Assembly (NCBI RefSeq): GCF_009914755.1 | Contig: NC_060947.1 | Strand: one strand, 5' to 3' | From: the human T2T-CHM13v2.0 reference genome, Homo sapiens | DNA length: 64,000 nt | Part shown: one piece after another, positions 56,281-64,000 of the stretch | Numbering within the stretch: position 1 is the first letter of the stretch | Layout of the letters: each line of letters opens with the position of its first letter | Translations under genes and position numbers: made by a program | Notes under the pieces: generated by a model | Told to the model about the DNA's origin: nothing | Database searches by the model: none | What the model saw: the letters and a program-made list of their open reading frames with translations, nothing else

Positions 56281-56599
56281 TTTCTTTTTTTTTCTCTTTT
56301 CTTTTTTTTTTTTTGAGACGGAGTCTCACTGTCACCCAGGCTGGAGACCAGTGGCAAGACCTCGGCTCACTGCAAGCTCCGCCTCCTGGGTTCATGCCAT
56401 TCTCCTGCCTCAGCCTCCCCAGTAGCTGGGACTACAGGCACCCGCCACCACGCCCAGCTATTTTTTTTTTTTTGTATTTTTAGTAGAGACGGGGTTTCAC
56501 CGTGTTTGCCAGGATGGTCTTGATCTCCTGACCTCGTGATACGCCCGCCTCAGCTTCCCAACGTGCTGCAATTGCAGGTGTGAGCCACCACGCCTGGCC
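56281..56599 (-). mobile_element. AluY/Sc-like
   Basis: 'gcaagctccgcctcctgggttcatgccattctc', 'ccaggatggtcttgatctcctgacctcgtgat'. Confidence 0.96.
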
Positions 56600-56670
56600 T
56601 TTTTTTCTATTTTTAAATTTATATCCTGTTTTGTCTTGGTTTACAGGAAGCTCAAAAATACACTGAATAA

Positions 56671-56963
56671 GGCCAGGTGCGGTGCCTCACACCTGTAATC
56701 CCAGCACTTTGGGAGGCTGAGGTGGGCGGATCACTTGAGGTCAGGAGTTTGGGATCAGCCTGGCTAACAAGGTAAAACCCTGTCTCTAATAAAATACAAA
56801 AATTAGCCTGAAGTGGTGGCGAGTGCCTGAAATCTCAGCTACTCAGGAGGCTGAGGCAGGAGAATCGCTTGAACCCAAGAGGTGGAGGTTGCAGTGAGCC
56901 GAGATCATGCCCCTGCACTCCAGGCTGGGCAACAGAGTGAGACTCCCTCTAAAAAAAAAAAAA
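56671..56963 (+). mobile_element. AluSx-like
   Basis: Full dimer with poly(A). Confidence 0.96.
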
Positions 56964-57464
56964 CAATAAGTAAAATTTAGAAATACAGAAATAAACAGAA
57001 TAATTTTGTGTAAATATAAGTGCAACTTTATACCTTTTACCTCTATATTGTTCTGACCTTTCCCCCTTACTCTATTCATTTTTTAAAAGTATTTAGCTGT
57101 TTAAAGTATTTTCATTATAAGCTTCCACAAGTATTTTTAAAAATATGTAAGATATAAATTCCAAGTATGTAAAAATTGATAACACTTCCTCCTAGCAAAA
57201 TGATAGGCCCAAGGACTCATCACCAGAGCACAGAACGCAATCTAATCTCACAAGTGCACCTATCAAAAGAACCCTGCTATTTCACATTGTCATAGAAAAA
57301 AACTCAGAGTAACATAATGTGATGCACAATACAAACATACACTTAAGCATTATTAAGATAAATTCATAATTTATATGTTCTTCTGCCACTGTTTATTTGG
57401 CTAATAATATATCATGAAGATATTTCCATGTAGGTATAGACAGATCTACATTATTTGACTAAAT

Positions 57465-57764
57465 GGACTATTAGACTTTTTCCTATAGAGTTGTTTGAGC
57501 TCCTTATATATTCTGGTTATTAATTTCTTGTCAGATGGGTAGTTTGCATATATTTTCTATCATTCTGCGGGTTGTCTCTTCGCTTGGTTGATTGTATGCT
57601 TTGCTCTGCAGAAGCTTTTTAACTTGATGTGATCCCACGTGTTCATCTTTGCTTTGGTTGCCTGGACTTGTGGGATATTACTCAAAAACTCTTTGCCCGG
57701 TTCAATGTCCTGGAAAATCTCCCCATTGTTTTAGTAGTTTTACAGTTTGAGGTCTTAGATTTAA
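57465..57764 (-). mobile_element. L1MA-type internal ORF2 fragment
   Basis: 'gagttgtttgagctccttatatattctggttattaat...gcagaagctttttaacttgatgtgatccca'. Confidence 0.85.
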
Positions 57765-58509
57765 TGTATAATATTTCATTATATGGATGATACTTAAAAA
57801 TTTAACTCGCTCCCGTTCATAGGCCTTTACAAAAAAGGTGGAACACACTTTATAACATTGTTTTCAATTTCTTATTTTTTGTCTGAGTGCCTTGTTTATA
57901 TCTTCACTCATTATTCAATTTAGTTGTTTTGTTTTTTTAATTTATTGATTTTTAAGAGTTGTTATATATTATAGAACTTTTCATTTTTCTCTTGTGTGAA
58001 AAAATATGTTTCACTGTCTATTAGCAAATGAAAGAAAACAAATGAAAGAGGCATTCTATCTGGCAGAAGAACATTTAGGGTGTAGAAAACAGCAAGAGCC
58101 TCAAGTGTAACAAGAAAACTAGTGTGACTTAGATTAAGATAGAAGGGTGAAATAGGAAGCAAAAAAGCAGTTTGCAGTAATGTCATGTAGGGCCTTGTAG
58201 ACCTTTACAAGAGGCTTATTTTTACTCTGAATAAGAAGGAAAACCATTGGAAGGTTGTAAAAAGATAAAGACATGATCTGACCAATGCTACAAAAGAGCT
58301 GTTCTGGCTGATGGGCAGAGTATAGTCTTGTGAGAGGATTGTAGGGCGTGAATAAAATCAAGGAGACTACTTAGGAAGAAAGATAATGTTGGTGCGGACC
58401 AGGATTATACTAGTGAGACTTGATCAGATTCTGAATATATTGTGAAGATAAGGAACACACGATTTGCTAACAGATTAGATATGGAATATGAGAACAAGGG
58501 AGTTATGGA

Positions 58510-59041
58510 TGTGAAGGGACCCACTTGGACCCCCCAAAATTGTTATGAAGATCATTTTAAACTAGGGATGAGATTCAAAAGATGCAGAAAGAAGCTTTAT
58601 CTGACCTTCTCCTATCTGACTGAAGGTGAAAACATCTGTTATAAATCCCCTCTTCTGGGCCACCTCACTCCCAGGAAGAAGAAGGAGAGTGAAACTGCAA
58701 AAAATACGCTCACGTTTTTCTTGCCAGAAAGGCCAGTGGTACCTGCCTAAATTACCAACCACAAACTCTCGTATCTCTCCTTTGTTCCTCAAAAGTCCCA
58801 TTTGACTTTCCTAAAGAAAACATGTCTTCTTATAAAAGCCTTTCCTACCCTACTCTTTTTTATAAATTAGGTATTTAAACCTCTATCTCTAATTTGTTAG
58901 TGAGCTACTTGTTTTGTGCAGTTTCATATGCATATGATTCAACTTTGACTTTTCTCCTGTTAATCTGTCTATTGTCAGTTAAATTTGGAGGCCCCCAACT
59001 ATTGTACCAAAGTCAGTAGAGGAAAAGTTTTTCCTCCCATT
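58510..59041 (+). mobile_element. ERV1-class solo LTR (MER34-like)
   Basis: Typical end 'ttttctcctgttaatctgtctattgtcagtt...gtagaggaaaagtttttcctccc'. Confidence 0.65.
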
Positions 59042-59422
59042 GAATTCCAAGGTTATTTTTCTGAACAGCTGGGAGGATAGTGTTGCCATCTATAGAGATA
59101 AGGAAACCTTAGGGTAAGTGGGTTGTGTGTAAGAGGTCAAAAGCTCAGGTAAATTTTAGATGTTTATTAGATAGCCTAGATTTAAAAAGGCAGGTAAATA
59201 GTTAGAAATGAATGTTTGGAGTGTAGGAGAGAAATCAGGCTGGAGATATTAATTTAGGAGTCATTTCTATGGTATAGAAAAACTGGGACCTTTCAGAAGA
59301 TATATAAAACTGGAGAGCTGAGACCATCAAGGTAGTGAGGTTAAATAGAGAAGTAGACCAAAGACTAAATCCTAAGGCCCTCTAGTGGTTATTAGTAGGA
59401 TTAATGAGAAGAAACCAGTAAA

Positions 59423-59771
59423 AAACTTCACACAAGAGAGTAGAAGGGAGGTTACCAGAGCCTAAGGGGGTTGGGGAGATGTTAGACAAAGGATAAAAAA
59501 TTACAATTAGAGACTTAGTTAGGAGGAATAAGTTCCAGAGATCTATTTTACAGCATGGTTATTATAGTTTATGACAACATATTGTATTCTTAAAAAATGC
59601 TAAGAGTGTGGATGTTCATTGTTCTCTCCACAAAGTGATGACTGTATGAGGTAATGCATATGTAAATTAACTAGTTAGCCATTCCACAATGAATATATAC
59701 TTTAAAACATCATTTTACACAATAAATACAATCTTATCTGTCAATTTAAAAATAAATTAATTTAATTAAAT
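59423..59771 (+). mobile_element. L1MA5-like 3' end with TSD
   Basis: 'gaggtaatgcatatgtaaatt...cattccacaatg'; TSD aaaccagtaaa (59412-59422) / aaaccagcaaa (59772-59782). Confidence 0.85.
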
Positions 59772-59980
59772 AAACCAGCAAAGAAGAATGGACAATGAGG
59801 TAGGAAGATGCATTTCTGAAGCCAAGTAAACAAAATAATTAACGCAGGAAGGAGTAATTGTTATTAAATGCTGCTGATGGGTCAAGCAAAATGAAAACTA
59901 AAAATTAATCATTTAATTTAACAATGTGGTGGCGTGAAAGGCACTGTTTCAATGGTAAGAAAAAGCCTATAGTTTTCCAA

Positions 59981-60474
59981 TGAAACTGGTTCAATTGTCC
60001 CACAAGAACTGATGTTTATGGCTTCTTTGACTAAATATAGAAATTGATCCTTCTAGTCTTAAAGCTTGAGAAAGATATAATTGTTTTATCTGAGTTTTTT
60101 CCTCTGGAAATCAACCATCAGGCCTCCCATATAGCATCAAGGAGCTGAAACTTACCAGATCACTGAACCTGGAAAACGAGATGCCAGAGCCCTCAGCCAT
60201 CATGATTGCCTGAGTGACCATCTGCTTGCTGTTCACCAACTCTTCTTTCTTATCCTTCCCTAATTCCTGTTTTCCCACAGGATTACATTTCTTCCCTGCT
60301 ATATAGACCCCTAATTTTAGTCAATCAGGGAAATGCATTTGAGACTCGTCTCCCATCTCCTTGTTGCAGCACCTGAATAAAGCCTTCCTTTCTGGCAATA
60401 TACACTGTCTCAGTGATTGGCTTTCCGTGCAGTGAGTAGCAGGCTCTATACCGAACCCCAGGTGTTTTGGCAAC
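59981..60474 (+). mobile_element. MER66-like ERV1 solo LTR
   Basis: 'tgaaactggttcaattgtcccacaagaactgatgtttatgg ... ttggcaaca'. Confidence 0.82.
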
Positions 60475-61459
60475 ACAGGAAAGAATGGGAGGAGAAGAAG
60501 TTCAAAGGAAGAGCTGACAACTCTTTCAAGGAATTTTGGTTTAAAAGAGTGCAGAGAGATGGCACAGTACCTTAAGGGGAATGTAGGGTCAAGAAAAGGA
60601 TGTTTACTGACTGTAATGCTCCTTAAAAATGAAAATGAATGGAAAAGAAAGAAGAGAATGCTGCAGCTATGTTCTTGAGTTGGTAAACAAGATGGGGCTA
60701 GTGTATTGCTAGACAGAAAAATTAAGAGTTAATAACAGGCAGGAAGGAAGAGAACATGGGTACACATGCTGGTTGGTATATAGATGTGGTGGGGCAGCTG
60801 AAGAAACTCAATTCTGATTACTTCAATTTTCTTAGTGAAAAAAGATAGCAATGCCCTTAGATGAACGTGAGGAGGAGGAAGAGGAACACGGGACTGAAGT
60901 CCAGAGACTGAGAGACTGAATGAACTAAGGGAAAGACAGCATGATTTCCAGAATCTAATAATTTGGCAGTCACGTATTCAAAGTGAGCATCAGCATGGTG
61001 GCGTGTTTCTCTTGGGACATGGTCAACTTAGGAACAAAAGTTATAAATTTACTAATCTTCTCTAACTCTACATGAGAAAAAATTTTTATGTGGTGGGACA
61101 CAGGAGATTCAAACTCCAATACTGGTTTCCTCCCTTAAAATCTTGCCTAGTACACTGAAATCACTAATTAGGCATTTTTAAAAAGCTCTTCCTGAATTTT
61201 TGCAGTGTGTGGAGTTGTTTTACTTCAGTTCATTTATTTAAGTCTTTTTCTTATAAGTTGCAGACGTTTCTCAAATGCCTGGTTAACCTTGATTGCAAAT
61301 TCATATTTTAGAATGAAGCAACAGATTATGCACTAGATCAGCTACTTAGGAACAATGCCGTGGCTTGGGTGGGACTTTTCTACAACTAGTCTTGCTTTTG
61401 AGTGAGTGGCATCAGGGGCAGATGCGCGCTATGCTGGAATGAGCAGTGTTTCATTCTAG

Positions 61460-61870
<411 letters not shown>

Positions 61871-61893
61871 TTCTACATAAGAACGCATATTAG

Positions 61894-62246
<353 letters not shown>

Positions 62247-64000
62247 TCAAATCGTTTCAAATATTAATAGTAAACATCCCAACACTCCTCATGATTCAAT
62301 GTTTTAGGCCGGGGATGTGTGTGTTACACAGTATTTGAGAGCTGCTTTTATCTTTCCCAAACCATTCTTCAGAAATTACTTGTTCTGATCTTTCAGGAAA
62401 AAAAAAAAAAAATCAAAACTTCACAACAAAGTAAAAAGATAAACATCTGACCTTATAATAGCATGTTAGAACATTTTCAATTGACCCCATTGAAAGTTAT
62501 TGACACTCCCGGGAAATGTACTTTTTCTGATCATCAAGGCCCAGATGTTCTATGACACCTTAAATTGTAGAACACTGAAGGATGGAATGATTGCTTTTTT
62601 CTGTCTAATGGAGAATATAATATCAAAAATTATAATTTTATTGCCTGGTAAGATGGTGAACAGTTTTGTACTTAACCCTGCAAATTTATTTCAACATCTC
62701 TGTCCTCAGTAATTATGTAAGTCCATATTTCTCAAATGCTTCTGAAGCTAGCTCTGTTACTTTTCTAGTTTCTCCATTCATAAACTGAATAAAACTTTGA
62801 CATCCACTCATTACATATTTGTGTAAGAATTATATTATTAATAATTTGAGATACATGTTTTAAGGTTTTGGTAATTTTTTATAGATGGGATTACCACATA
62901 AAGAACCACTGGAACAGAGATCAATCCTTGGTCAATGACGATCCCCACAGCACCTTTAGGATCTTTTAAGCATTCCTGATCTCCCTCTTCCAGGGCTACT
63001 GACACCAACTGTTGTGTTTTGAGTTGAGAAAAACAAGTGGGGCATATTTTCAGAGATCACATATGACAAAGTTTTAGGCAATTTTGGATTTTTAAAATTG
63101 GACACTTTTTACATGCCATTACTGTCTGCCAGTTAGAAACTCATGGGGACCTGGTGATTATCTTTCAAGAAGTCTAAAAGTCCTGTTTTAGGTGCAAGAG
63201 GTGCTCTGCAGATGAGTCTGGAAGACTCCACAGCTACCAGGCTTTCATTTTAAAAACTGAAGACTTGAGCACAATGTCCTAGCTTTGTTACCAGTGTTTG
63301 AGTCTAAAAGTCTGGAAAATGTCAAACATGATGTAAAGTATTAGATTGGCAGACATCTAGGGGTGTTTCTTTTGTTTAAGAAATGCTGTGGATTTCTGAC
63401 TGCCAAATTTTAGAGTGGATGAAAGAAGAATTAGTGTCATCTAGTGGTCTGTAACTCTTATGTCTGAAGAATGATTAACACCTGTATTTTCTAAAAAGTG
63501 GATTCGTTTGAAAACATACACAGTCTCAGAATTCTGTTTATTTGTAGAGAGTCTTCTTTTTTTTTGTTTAGTCTGGTTTTGCCTGCAGAAGTTATTGACA
63601 ATGTGTATAGCTGTACTTATATTTATATTTACTTTTTGTGTGTCTATGGCCCTATGAACGAACAAAGTACTTAACTCCTCCTCACAGAGGGAAAGTAATT
63701 CACCATTTCCAGTGGTCTACTTGAGTTAGTAGCCCTATGTATCTGGGAATGTCTTCGTGGGGGCCACTTTTGGGGATTAATTGAACATGTGTCTGTCATT
63801 TGTCTGTAATACAAGAGAACAATTCAAAAGACAGATTTATAATCAAACAGAAGGAAAATGCAAATAGGTATTATGCTAACAATTAGTCATCATAAAAATC
63901 TACTAACAAAAATGCCTTTGAATCAATTTTAATATTTGGTAAGTAAATGCAAAATTATATCTGGATCCATATCATAATTAAACTTATATAATACTCTTAG

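Larger units (their letters stand above)
58040..61030 (-). mobile_element. Long L2 relic interrupted by two LTRs and an L1MA
   Basis: L2-like 'gtagggccttgtagacc...ttttactctgaataaga...ccattggaaggtt', 'caggctggagatattaatttaggagtcatt', 'ttaaatgctgctgatgggtcaag'. Confidence 0.7.

Overview
Primate (human-like) AT-rich genomic DNA dominated by transposable elements; roughly half is LINE-1 by my visual estimate. I see no intact protein-coding gene, tRNA/rRNA or CpG island. The only recognisable gene-derived sequence is a full-length, disabled processed pseudogene of HNRNPC (C1 isoform) at ~3443-5197 (+). The rest is nested L1s of several ages (L1M, L1PB, L1PA13-16, L1PA6/7, L1PA3), ten Alus, MaLR/ERV solo LTRs (MLT1, MST, THE1, MLT2, MER39, MER66), MIR/L2, and DNA-transposon relics (MADE1, MER5, MER58, MER103). 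Subfamily names come from my recall of consensus sequences, not a database search; boundaries of old repeats are approximate. I cannot support a new biological system. The most unusual structures are: (1) a chimeric L1 at 16.5-19.0 kb, where a tail-less, internally deleted L1PA6/7 replaces the homologous ORF2 segment of an older L1PB and carries a 238-bp 5'UTR duplication and an ORF0-like antisense ORF; (2) several micro-scale templated or fold-back scars (1.1, 4.7, 8.0, 23.2, 52.6 kb); (3) three tightly spaced inverted Alu pairs; (4) a repeat-poor tail (62.4-64 kb) with a strong minus-strand splice acceptor that may open an unannotated or decayed exon.
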